Below, piece after piece: positions 34,430-44,901 of a stretch of 64,000 nucleotides of DNA. Below the pieces are notes generated by a model. That model was not told the DNA's origin and did no database searches. It was given only the letters and a program-made list of their open reading frames with translations. The position numbers and the translations under genes were made by a program. The DNA lies in NCBI GenBank assembly GCA_963779615.1, contig CAVZZA010000003.1, positions 1,139,781-1,203,780 of the forward strand. The letters run 5' to 3'. The first letter of the stretch is position 1, and every line of letters begins with the position of its first letter. Source of the DNA: an uncultured Nitrososphaeraceae archaeon. GTDB taxonomy: Archaea; Thermoproteota; Nitrososphaeria; Nitrososphaerales; Nitrososphaeraceae.

Positions 34430-36440
34430 TTATGTGTAATCAAATAATGTCTTTTGATATGGCAATTTTTTATCATTTGTTTTGGATAGATTAGAGACTT
34501 TTATGCCCAGTTTACGTACAGAGGTAAACTTGCCCTCGCCAAATACACTATTCTCCACACCATCAAGTTGAAACTTTTCTAACAGCGGCTCCAACACACC
34601 AACAATACTCTCCTTATTACCATGATAGGTAGAAAGCGTTGTTTCCCTTGTTTCTACTGTAAAATCTGACCTCATTAGTTTAATGCCAACAGTTTTAAAC
34701 CCATATCCCCTTCTTTGGGTTCTTTCGTAAATATCGTCAACCAATTCATTCAAAAGGAACTCCAATATCACCTTCTTGTCTTTAGTTGGTTTCTGCAGTG
34801 TTTCCTCAACACTCAGAGACAAGTTATCCTCCCTTGGCAACACGGGTTCGTTGTCCTCACCATTAGCTACGTGCCACATCCACAATCCATTCTTTTTACC
34901 AAACCTATCAGTCAGTCTCTGCACATCACACTTTGCCAACTGTCCAATAGTGTTGATTCCCATTTCCTTCAAAACTTGATTAGTTTTTATCCCAATGCCC
35001 GCAATTCTATCCACCTCCAAGGGATCTAAAAACCGTAGCAAATCATCAGAACAAACAACGGTCAGCCCATCTGGTTTCTTGAAATCAGACGCAATTTTTG
35101 CAGCGGACTTTGAAGGGGCAACACCTATCGAGCACAAAAGACCATCGCATTGCGCTTTTATTGAATTTTTTATTTGAAGAGCATACCCCTCAACTGCAGA
35201 AGGCATGTGTGTTATTTCGCCTCCGATTGCTTTTTTCTTTTCTTTCATCTGTGTCCTGACACGATTGTGAATTTTGTATCACAGGCTGTTGTTGTTGCAA
35301 GAATTTGTTTGTACAATCAATATATGCCTCATCGATGCTTGCCTTTTCCAAGACATCGGCATATTCTTCCAATAACGCCATTACTTTGTCAGATATTTGG
35401 CCATAATACTGCTTGTCTACAGGCTTTAAAATAAGATCAGGGCACAGTTCTTTAGCCTTCAGTAAAGATATGGCAGATCTGACACCGTGTTTTCTAGCTT
35501 CGTATGAGCAAGACGCTACCGCACCCCTTGTTATACTGCCATCTTTTTCAGGCGTCATTATCACAGCATGGGGTTTACCTTTGAGGGACGGGTCCCTAAT
35601 TTCTTCGCATGTGGGAAAAAATGCGTTCATGTCAATGTGCATTATCATTCTTCCTGTCCAAGGAAATGATGGTGGCGGGATTTGAGAATCAATGCATTTT
35701 TTTTCCGGCAAATCCAATAACTTTAGAATATGGTTCAGTCTGGAGGGAGTATCCACAACTATAACTGCAAACTCCAGTGATTTTTTTTCACCGGTGCTTG
35801 TTGAAAAAAGTTCTTTCTCTTTTTGTTTTACCAGTTTAATCCAATCATCTTCATTGTTACTTTTTTTAGATGCACTATCGGCAATATTAAGAAAAATAAA
35901 ATCAGAGGTAACTGCAGGATAATAGGACTTTGATCCCGCATCAGACCAGACGAAAGAAGATTTGAACTTTCTTAGAATGTTATAGGTCAAATCTTGATGC
36001 CACAAGGATTGGCCAAATTCAAAAACTACATGGTATCCATGATATGTGCATTCGTTTGACATATTTTCAATCCATTCTCTTCCCCCCTCCATTAAAGACA
36101 TTGTCCTTGGTGGAGACACCACAACACACAGAGTCTTGTCTTTAAGGGGCCTGAAAAGTTCTAAAAACTCACCAGTGCTTTGCATGTTGCCCGCATACCT
36201 TTTCTCTACGGCATATTGAGGCACCTTTAAAGTAAAACGAAAGTCATCAGAAGTCTCCTCCGACCATTTATGTATAGCTGCCGAACTTGGCAGAAATTGA
36301 CTATTACCCATATCCAAGTGAACAAAATTAAGAATTTTGGAATAGTAAGAAAGGAAAAACCTTGAATCCAAATCAACAGGATAAAAGCCTTTAGCCCAAT
36401 GTTGGTTTCTCCATCCAGAGCAGCCAATATAATATTTCAA
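34430..36440 (-). CDS. dinB: DUF72-like domain fused to Y-family DNA polymerase IV (DinB/Dpo4), frameshift near 35250
   Basis: N-terminal IGCSGW...W...FYP (DUF72); HIDMNAFF, SYEARKHGV, SIDEAYID; second fragment KIASDFKKPDG, GIGIKT; C-terminal PIP box QKTLFDY. Confidence 0.9.
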
Positions 36441-36933
36441 GTCTTGCCTATATCCCTCACTATCTTTTACCTAATCAGGGTTTCCCCTAGGCATATCACA
36501 TTATTCCACACATTATTCCACAGCAGCAAAATACCTCAAATCCATAAGATGGGACTTTAGCCAAGCACTTTGACATGCATTAATCATATACCAACATGCA
36601 ATTTACTTTTAGAGTATAAATACGGTAGAATGATAATAATAACCGTATTATCGCTAATCACAAATCAGAACAAACGCCATGTTAAACCGGAAAGGCAACG
36701 AATAATCGTCATTAGATGCAGCTGATAAATTTTTAACGACACCTATCAAATTGCCATTTATACCGCAATCATATTACCATGTTAAAAATAAAAAAAGGCA
36801 CAATAGGCGACTGGATTTGTTCCGAAGTGGGTATTCCAATAACAGACATGGCGATTGATGTAATAATATCATTGTGCGCTCTTATCGATATCCAGAAAAC
36901 GTTACAACATTAAAACATTGATTAAAGGAATGG

Positions 36934-36968
36934 GTAAGCCAATCAAAATAGTGTTTTGATTGGCTTAC
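36934..36968. terminator. Perfect 15-bp inverted repeat with a 5-nt loop, downstream of the 37006 gene
   Basis: GTAAGCCAATCAAAA-tagtg-TTTTGATTGGCTTAC; the terminator role is inferred. Confidence 0.5.
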
Positions 36969-37005
36969 TATGATGCCGACTACTATTTTACTACTGCTGC
37001 TAAGG

Positions 37006-37695
37006 CTACTGTCCTACGACATTAATGGTATCATATGTGGAGACTGATGTGTCAGAACTGTCGCTGCTGTCGCTGCTGTCGCTGCTGTCGCTGCTGTCGC
37101 TGCTGTCGCTGCTGTCAACGCCGCCATTGCATGATATCTTCACAGTTATGTCATTATCTCCCAAAGCCATGAGATGGTACGCACTGGTATACGTAAATGT
37201 CCATGTTGAATAATCACCTTGACTGCGTGGCGTTACTACGGAATAAGGATGAATGTCATTCCAGTCTGCGGATACCTGACAATCAGTATTTGGGGTGTCT
37301 GTTGATGTTCCAGAAATAGTCAATTGTCCAACAGGAACAATCGCGCCATCGGCCGGCGAAGTAATGGCTACATCCAATTCTGCAGGTTGTTCTCCGCTTC
37401 CTGATTCGCCAATGGTTTGGGATTCAGGAACGGTGTCGGATTCTGTGGGCGCACCGGTATTAGGCAAGACTGAATCGCCACTGTGTGCAGGGTCGGTGAA
37501 TGAAGAATCCCGCTCAATCTCGGGGGCTGGAGGTGGGGCGGGTTTTTTAATAGAGTTACCCGTTACATGGGGTATGCCGGCTGTGTTAGTTTGTGAAAAA
37601 GCATTACTAGAAATAATTGAAGGTATAATGGCAACCAATGTTGTCAACATTGCAATTACTAGAATATTTTTGGTTGTTATTGTCATATAATACAA
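37006..37695 (-). CDS. Secreted/surface protein with an Ig-like domain and DSS repeats
   Basis: Signal peptide, Pro/Ser/Thr-rich linker, VAITSPADG...ISGTSTD...C...WTF...ITVKISC, (DSS)x7. Confidence 0.7.
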   Translation of the reverse strand: MYYMTITTKNILVIAMLTTLVAIIPSIISSNAFSQTNTAGIPHVTGNSIKKPAPPPAPEIERDSSFTDPAHSGDSVLPNTGAPTESDTVPESQTIGESGSGEQPAELDVAITSPADGAIVPVGQLTISGTSTDTPNTDCQVSADWNDIHPYSVVTPRSQGDYSTWTFTYTSAYHLMALGDNDITVKISCNGGVDSSDSSDSSDSSDSSDSSDSSDTSVSTYDTINVVGQ

Positions 37696-38081
37696 TATGA
37701 ATTTTGAGTATATATAAACTAGTAGAGAGCCATACGGATATAGAGATATTAACAGTTATGAACCCTCCATTACATTTTACATATATCGGAAGACAATACC
37801 CATTAAAACAACATACAAATTAACTTAAAATATGACCATATCAACGAATTTGCAGACGAAAATTCACCACATGGCACCATTAAATCTTAAGTTCAATTGA
37901 TACATCCAGATGGGGTTGGTTTAGTTTGTTCTGAATGCTTGTTGAAAAATGGTTGCAATTATGGTATGTACCATATTGGTCATAACCCATAGAATTGATC
38001 TGCAATAATTGAACTACGATAGCCATCTGTTATGAGGAGACTATCATATTTTTATATTATATTAAACAAGATTATTTTAAC

Positions 38082-38255
38082 ATGAATGAAAATGCAGATG
38101 AACAAAAAAAGGATATTGACGATGTTGAGAATTCAGAGGAACTAAAAAAAGAGATGCTAAAACCCATTGTCAAGTCAAAATCTGAAACAGACAAGGAGCT
38201 GCAAGATTTGGAAGTGGAAACAACGGCCGGTGGGAGTGGCGGTGGCGGTGGCTAA
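38082..38255 (+). CDS. 57-aa acidic peptide with a Gly-rich C-terminus (not in the ORF track)
   Basis: MNENADEQKKDIDDVENSEELKKEMLKPIVKSKSETDKELQDLEVETTAGGSGGGGG; TATA-like tttatat about 25 nt upstream, T-tract downstream. Confidence 0.6.
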   Translation: MNENADEQKKDIDDVENSEELKKEMLKPIVKSKSETDKELQDLEVETTAGGSGGGGG

Positions 38256-38444
38256 ACACTATTTTTTTACATCATCATCAAGATCTCCAAACCTCCAAAC
38301 AGATTTTCAACAATGATGCATCCTTTTATGGATGACTTTAGGTATATGAATATAACAACCGAAGGCTATCTCGAATCATTTTTGGGTTGTTCTATAAATA
38401 CCAGCATTTAATAAATATTATTATTAATTTTTCACATCCAAACG

Positions 38445-38897
38445 TTAAAAATATCTTGCCAATATGTCATTTAGGTCATTTCCCATAGTTTCGTTAGATC
38501 TCTTTTCAGCAGCAGCAGCAGCACTACTACCGTCATCATCCAGGCGTTGATTTTCTTTTTTTACAAAGTTATCAATGACTTTATCCATTTCAGATAAACC
38601 AGTTATTGCTTTTGTCAATCTATTTGATAAAAAGAATATTGTAGATAACATATAGTTGATTTTATCACTTTCAAATTCCAGCTTGGTTGAAGGGGGAAAT
38701 GCAGCGTCCAGGCATCCCCTTAACTCCTTTCCTGCTTCTTCAAAACAATTGGTATCACCATTGCAATCTTGTAACTTTTTTGTCCAATTGGTTAGACATT
38801 TTGATACATTCGATGAATATTCGGTCAATATAAAATTAATTAGAGATGATAATATAAATTGATTTTTGCGGCCTTCTTTTGGTTTTGTTATTGTCAT
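38445..38897 (-). CDS. Hypothetical helical protein with four Cys
   Basis: 150-aa ORF with Cx10Cx5Cx10C. Confidence 0.55.
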   Translation of the reverse strand: MTITKPKEGRKNQFILSSLINFILTEYSSNVSKCLTNWTKKLQDCNGDTNCFEEAGKELRGCLDAAFPPSTKLEFESDKINYMLSTIFFLSNRLTKAITGLSEMDKVIDNFVKKENQRLDDDGSSAAAAAEKRSNETMGNDLNDILARYF

Positions 38898-39301
38898 AGA
38901 TTGAATTTATGGGCATAAATCTACAATATCAAATTTATGGATGTTTCGATGTTTCTTATTGTAACTCATGTTCATATTTCTAAAACGAGCGATTGTGGTG
39001 CTAAATGATAACGGATTTTTGAAGGTTTCCCATAACGTTGCATTAGATCAAAACATAATTTATTGCATTAGAGTCCATATTTTGATCGTCGTCTGTTTAT
39101 CAGGCATTCCTAATCTTTCACATTATTTGAATATTGATTGAGGGTTGGTACCTTGTAATGATAATGTGTCTGATGGATTATCTACATGAATACCAACAAT
39201 CCATCTACATTATAATTACCAAGGCATGTGCAATTGAAAAAGATACAGCACTATAGTGTTTGACATTGTTGAAATTCAGACTGTAAAGAAGATAAAAGAA
39301 T

Positions 39302-39763
39302 TTATTTTTTACCCAATTTTAAATCATCTTTGTAATTAATCTTTGGAAACAATTCTCTTTTTAGGATATCTCTTTCGATTGAGACTCTTCCAGGGCCAGA
39401 TATAAGCAAGCTTACTCCAATAGCCAAAAGCAAGAGCTCGAGTTCGTATCCACCAACAAAACCCTTTGTTATCTTTGCTGATAGTATGGCACCACTCATT
39501 TCGATTATAAATAAAACAGAGGCTATTCGAGTTGCTATTCCCAATATCAATGCAGAACCACCTATCACTTCTAAAAGTGCTATAGGCAAGGCTAGTTCTG
39601 GTGGAAGCCCCAGAGAGCCAAAAAACCCTTGGGTTTTATCCATGCCTTCAAATTTTGGAAGGCCATGCATTATGAAAGCAATTCCTGCCATTATCCTTAT
39701 GGGCAAGGGTGCGTATGAGGCGATTGTGGTAATACTCAACAGAAGGGTATTACATAACACCAT
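39302..39763 (-). CDS. DoxX-family membrane protein
   Basis: RIMAGIAFIMHGLPK, EVIGG...LGIATR, GGYE, GPGRVSIE. Confidence 0.92.
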   Translation of the reverse strand: MVLCNTLLLSITTIASYAPLPIRIMAGIAFIMHGLPKFEGMDKTQGFFGSLGLPPELALPIALLEVIGGSALILGIATRIASVLFIIEMSGAILSAKITKGFVGGYELELLLLAIGVSLLISGPGRVSIERDILKRELFPKINYKDDLKLGKK

Positions 39764-39909
39764 TTTTAACTGTTTGACTTTTTATAAAATTTATAGTATA
39801 ATCAAATAAATTAATAAATATCTCATATAATATTATAAAAAAATAAAAAAACTAGCTATTGTGCATAAAGACAGTCCATATTTTTATAGTATGTTTATTA
39901 GTAAAAGTT

Positions 39910-40194
39910 ATGAGTAAAAATTCCAGTTTTACATCAACACAAAAAATACCCCAGGAGGCTACCAACCTAAACAAGTTAACAAAGGTTTATTCAGGCTATG
40001 TAGAGATTGAATCATTTAAAAACTCTGACACCCATAAAGGATATTTCTGCTATAATTGCATTTACTTTATGGAACCAAATCATTGCGCGATAGTTACAGA
40101 TGAAGGTCAGGATATTTATGGCAATGTGTCCAATGCAATCGAACCATATGCAGTATGCTCCCTATGGACTCCAAATGAAAAGGAGATTAAATAG
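39910..40194 (+). CDS. HiPIP-like 4-Cys Fe-S protein, copy 1
   Basis: CYNCIYF.EP.HCAIV...G...IEPYAVCSLWTP resembles the HiPIP pattern CxxCxxF...C.[IV]V.G.I.P.GWC. Confidence 0.55.
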   Translation: MSKNSSFTSTQKIPQEATNLNKLTKVYSGYVEIESFKNSDTHKGYFCYNCIYFMEPNHCAIVTDEGQDIYGNVSNAIEPYAVCSLWTPNEKEIK

Positions 40195-40208
40195 GAGATA
40201 GAACAAAA

Positions 40209-40515
40209 ATGTCGGATAAAAATATAATTGAAAAAGCCGCAGACGTTGTAGGAAACGTTACAAAATTCCAAAAACAAACTAAACTGAAGGCAGGCTACCT
40301 TGAACGTGAAGAGTTCAAAGACTCTGATCTTCATGCTGGTTTCTTTTGTTATAATTGCATATATTGGGTTGATTCCATGGGAGGAAAATGCATGATTGTC
40401 GACAACAATGGTCCGGATGTATTTGGCAATGTTTCAGAAGTAATTGCAGACTCACGGTTGTTGCAACGGGTATGAACCCAATCACGACAAACTGGACAAC
40501 AAAAGTAAATCTTAG
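40209..40515 (+). CDS. HiPIP-like 4-Cys Fe-S protein, copy 2, frameshift near 40449
   Basis: FKDSDLHAGFFCYNCIYW...KCMIV...GNVSEVIA; shifted frame continues THGCCNGYEPN; paralog of the upstream gene. Confidence 0.55.
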
Positions 40516-40749
40516 TTACAAATACAATAAAACATAAAAACCATCCTCTTTAATTTTTCTTTTTTTGCAGTAGTTTTATTATTTTGAAAATCTATTTCCC
40601 TCACGGTTTTTTCCTGATATGTGATTGTCTTTTGGCAATTGTGTCTACTGGTTTTTATGCTTTCATGTCTCAATTCTGATCTTTTAGGGTTAATCTTCAG
40701 GTTTCAAGTTGACAAAATTATTTTTATACCATCATATATTAAAAATGGT

Positions 40750-41079
40750 ATGAGATCTTTATTTTGGATTTTACCAATATTCCTGATTCCATCAGCGTTA
40801 GCATATCCTACAGCAACAGCTCAAAACATGACAAACACAACCGGAAATGGCACCGAGTCAGGCGGGATGTCCTCAGAGTCGGTAGAGAGTGCACAATCCA
40901 ACACAACGGGCGGAACTGCAACAAACACAACCGGAAATGGCACCGAGTCAGGCGGGATGTCCTCAGAGTCGGTAGAGAGTGCACAATCCAACACAACGGG
41001 CGGAACTGCAACAAACACAACCGGAAATGGCACCGAGTCAGGCGGGATGTCCTCAGAGTCGGTAGAGAGTGCACAATGA
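40750..41079 (+). CDS. Small secreted Thr/Ser/Gly-rich repeat protein
   Basis: Signal peptide MRSLFWILPIFLIPSALA followed by 30-aa repeats with N-x-T sequons. Confidence 0.7.
   Translation: MRSLFWILPIFLIPSALAYPTATAQNMTNTTGNGTESGGMSSESVESAQSNTTGGTATNTTGNGTESGGMSSESVESAQSNTTGGTATNTTGNGTESGGMSSESVESAQ
40831..41077 (+). repeat. Perfect 90-bp tandem repeat x2.7
   Basis: Identical units starting at 40831, 40921 and 41011. Confidence 0.95.
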
Positions 41080-41366
41080 TCTACCTTTTTTATTAATTTT
41101 ATTGTAAAACCAAAATGGATTTTTATAGTTTAAGGAAGTAGGACAATAATTGCCAGTGAGAAAAATTTAAAATGATTTTGGGTTTCCCCATGTATGATTG
41201 CATTTGGTACAACGGAAGAATTGTGTATCAGGTTCGTCAGCCGAGTCTGTTTGCACTATCCACCAAAAGCTTATCTGCCAATCATTTACTTGCCTTGAGA
41301 TTTTCATCGATGATTTATTGCGCAAGAAATTAATTTCACAAACCAAATATGTTATCTAAAAGATAA

Positions 41367-41984
41367 ATGAATAATTTATACCCTATAGATTATCTGTCCC
41401 AAAAGGATCTCAAGTTAGCCTCGATTATAAAGTCTATTGGCGATTATGCGATAAAAATGCATAGTGATCCTTTTGAATCTTTAATACAATCAATAATTTA
41501 TCAACAGCTATCAGGAAAGGCTGCAAATGCAATTTACAAAAGGTTTTTGGAGCACTATAGAGGTATAATACCTACACCACAACAAATTATTTTGACTCCT
41601 GATGAAATTTTAAGAGCTAAAATAGGATTATCATTTAAGAAGATAGAATACATAAAGGACTTATCTTCAAGAATTTCCGATGGAAGATTGAACCTGCCCC
41701 TGTTGTCTGGAATGACAGATGATGAAATCATATCAGAACTAATTAAAGTAAAGGGTATTGGGAGATGGACCGCAGAAATGTTTCTGATTTTTTGTTTAGG
41801 AAGAGAAGATGTGATACCCATTGGAGACTTGGGTATAAGGAAAGCAATACAAATATTATATAATTTGCCTCAACTTCCTACACCTTCATCCATGTTGATC
41901 ATATCCCTATCTTGGAAACCCTACAGGAGCATAGCCACTTGGTATTTATGGAAGTCACTTGACAATTTTGGCCCTATGGGCTAA
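41367..41984 (+). CDS. alkA: DNA-3-methyladenine glycosylase II (AlkA/HhH-GPD)
   Basis: DPFESLIQSIIYQQLS, VKGIGRWTAEMFLIF, GDLGIRK, WKPYRS. Confidence 0.93.
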   Translation: MNNLYPIDYLSQKDLKLASIIKSIGDYAIKMHSDPFESLIQSIIYQQLSGKAANAIYKRFLEHYRGIIPTPQQIILTPDEILRAKIGLSFKKIEYIKDLSSRISDGRLNLPLLSGMTDDEIISELIKVKGIGRWTAEMFLIFCLGREDVIPIGDLGIRKAIQILYNLPQLPTPSSMLIISLSWKPYRSIATWYLWKSLDNFGPMG

Positions 41985-42643
41985 TGAAAAGAATATAAGC
42001 CAAAAAAAACAATCAGCCATTCATACCTTTTTGACATCTTTTAGTGGGTTGCCAGTTTCAGGTACAGAGAATACAGTAACCAAGGCAAATTCCATTTAGT
42101 AATTTATCATAGCATTTTTTTCTACATCATTGTTCTCAAATAATCGTAAAAAACGGTTATTGTAGAAGACCCGATGGATGTGATTCAAAATGATGGAATC
42201 CACCATTACAGCAATAACAAAGCATAGCCTTCTCTAAAACCAATAACAAATGTTTACAGACTTAATTTTTCAAACAATAATTTGTTTTCTAACCTAACAT
42301 TCACCTTCTGCCTCACCAACTGTGTCTTCATTAAAATTCCCATCTGGTAGAACAAACTTGGCGCTCTTTTTGTACATCAAATCTATGTGATTTGCCAATT
42401 GGCACATTCTTCCAATAAAGATCGTTTATTTTAAAGACGAAACCTCAAATGCCAACTGTATTGGATTAAGCTTCACAGATAGGTTTACTTTACTTGTTTG
42501 TCAAAACGAATAAATTTTTTGTTTTTAGCAACACAGCACATGATGATATCTATTTTTATGTCCTTTAATTGGTTACATTTTGATTAACCGTAAGCATTCG
42601 TTGTATTGACACACTCATACCCAAATTAATGCCATTGCGTTAG

Positions 42644-43360
42644 CTATAAATCACACAAGTCTTTAAAACTTTTCCAATTGGAATTATCAGTGTCGTTCCA
42701 TTTTTCAAAAAAAACAACATCCTGTAAATCTAGCCTTTTTAACCATTGATATTTTTCCAAATCAGGCGCCTCATTGAATTTATCCACATATCCTAAACAA
42801 AGGTATGCAATTGGCTTTATGTGATTTGGCAAACCTAAAACACTAGTTAAATCAGAATTATCCAATATACTTACCCAACCAACACCTATGTCTTCAACTC
42901 GTGCAGCCAACCAAAGATTTTGAATGGCACAGCAAACACTGTAAATTCCCGCCTCCTCGATTGTCATCCTCCCAATCACAAAAGGCCCAAATCTATCGTG
43001 ATCATATGTTACGCAAATATTAAGGTCAGACTCTAATATGCCCTCTAACTTTAAATTACAATATTTTTCTTGCCTTTCTTTGTCTTCTTTTAAAAAATCG
43101 ATTGACTTCAGCCTCTCCTTTAAAAATGAATCCTTAACCTTTAACCGAGTTTCTTTGTCCTTTATCAATATAAAATTCCATGGTTGGGAGAATCCAACTG
43201 ATGGGGCGTGATGAGCAGCCTTTAGGATATTGTAAACTATTTTATCATCGATGCTTTTATTCAAAAACCGTTTTCGAACGTCCCGCCTTGAGTAAATAAC
43301 ACTGTAAAAAATCTCTTTTTCCAGCTCATTGAATTTCTTATCATGAACGTAATCGGCCAC
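42644..43360 (-). CDS. bluB: 5,6-dimethylbenzimidazole synthase
   Basis: RRDVR, APSVGFSQPW, Y..LKLEGI, SVCCAIQNLWLAAR.E.IGVGWVSI. Confidence 0.93.
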   Translation of the reverse strand: MADYVHDKKFNELEKEIFYSVIYSRRDVRKRFLNKSIDDKIVYNILKAAHHAPSVGFSQPWNFILIKDKETRLKVKDSFLKERLKSIDFLKEDKERQEKYCNLKLEGILESDLNICVTYDHDRFGPFVIGRMTIEEAGIYSVCCAIQNLWLAARVEDIGVGWVSILDNSDLTSVLGLPNHIKPIAYLCLGYVDKFNEAPDLEKYQWLKRLDLQDVVFFEKWNDTDNSNWKSFKDLCDL

Positions 43361-44355
43361 ATAATCTTAAAAAGTAATCATCAATTTCAATTTTGTTTTT
43401 AAATTAGTTTACTTTTACTTTTACTTGTAATTTTATAATAACATAGAGTAACCCATTTTCAGGTAAAGGTTTGAGATTAACATATCTAGTGCAATTCAAA
43501 TCCATGCATGGTTTGAATATAAAAAAGAGAATCACAATAATCACTTTCAAGATGGTTTTGAAAATATGCATGGATTAAAAATCATTGCGTTGAAATTGAG
43601 TTGGTATGAAGATCAGTACCGCTTTGTGTATTCTACGAATGTATCAGGAGCTTTATATCGTTATTATGCTAACTTTATTTTGCTAAGAAAAAACCCAAAA
43701 CTGTGTCTTTGCTAAACAGCGGCAAGAAACATGTAGGGTAACTGCTAATGTACTCTGGTTTATTTACCGAAAAAAGATGGAAGAAGAAATTTTTCTATCT
43801 TTTTTCCGGTTATTCTTTTCAATGGCAACAATTATCGATTTGTAGTAGTAACATTTACGTTAATTCCCATACAGTGAAACTTGGTTTGTTCTGATATTTT
43901 GCAAAGCCAATGCATGAAATATATGTACTTAACACATACCAATTTACCATCATTTGTGGGTTTGCATTGGGCACTATTGCCGACGATCCACTAATTTGTA
44001 AGATGATTGAAAGAGGAGAAAGACCAGAAAAATTGATAAAAGTAGCCGATAGTATTTCAGATTTATGGTCGAAATAGGACCAATTTCTTCCTCTTAATAA
44101 CCCAAAATCATCCACATCTCATGAAAAAAATAAGTTATTGTCTGTAGTGATACTCTCTGGAGATAACTAAGCAATAGTATTACATACAAAAGACATAACC
44201 TTGGTGTGACAATATGCATACCAAATCATCCGAATAACAAACAACAAGTTAAAAATATAAGGATATTTGTTATGATATATTTATGAAAATAAGTAATCTT
44301 ATTGAGAAAAATTATTTCATTATGATGAATTGACTACTACACCAAAAAAATGAAA

Positions 44356-44901
44356 TCATAGATCTTCCATCAGGGAAATATAATTGTCAACACTTCTGTC
44401 TAACAGGGTAATGTCAGTTTTCTCAATTAGTTTTTCTACTTCTAATGGGTTTTTGAGGGAGTATTCTGAAACTTCAATTCCTCTTTTTCTGATTATTACC
44501 TCCGAGTCCAATAGCCTTTTTAAGTTCCAGGATGTGGTTGATGGGGCTCTATTGATATGAGAGACTAGCTCATTAAATGTGCAGGATTTTCTTTCAATTA
44601 GTTTTAGAATTATTTCTTTTGTTGTTCTTATCTTTAAATACCCTAAAATTATTGTTTCTTCTGAGGGAGTAGATGCAGGATAATAGCGAGTAATGTTGCT
44701 GTTTTCTGTTCGTATAACTTTGATAGTCGAACGTTTTTCCAAAGTGGCAAGATGGTGCGATAATGTTCCATTATTTAAATTGGTTATTCGCAATAATTCC
44801 CTATATCTTATTCCAGGCGAAAGATTAATAATTTTCAATAAAAAACTCTTTTTATTTTCTTTTTCTAATTTGCCCAAATCCAATATTTCTTTGTGACTCA
44901 T
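44356..44901 (-). CDS. Double winged-HTH transcriptional regulator
   Basis: PGIRYRELLRITNLNNGTLSHHLATLE and TFNELVSHINRAPSTTSWNLKRL; overlaps the upstream gene by ATGA. Confidence 0.85.
   Translation of the reverse strand: MSHKEILDLGKLEKENKKSFLLKIINLSPGIRYRELLRITNLNNGTLSHHLATLEKRSTIKVIRTENSNITRYYPASTPSEETIILGYLKIRTTKEIILKLIERKSCTFNELVSHINRAPSTTSWNLKRLLDSEVIIRKRGIEVSEYSLKNPLEVEKLIEKTDITLLDRSVDNYISLMEDL

Noticed and set aside
36497-36522. 12-bp tandem duplication resembling DnaA boxes
   Set aside because: Imperfect match in an archaeal context with no origin features
39794-39816. Possible operator half-site before doxX (GATTATACTA, 7 nt before TATAAAA)
   Set aside because: The left arm does not match and the region is extremely AT-rich, so it may be chance
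40831-41077. Possible CRISPR array
   Set aside because: The units are fully identical 90-mers with no unique spacers, they lie in a coding frame, and there are no cas genes
43760-44130. ORF fragments between bluB and the regulator
   Set aside because: No recognisable family on either strand; possibly a decayed gene
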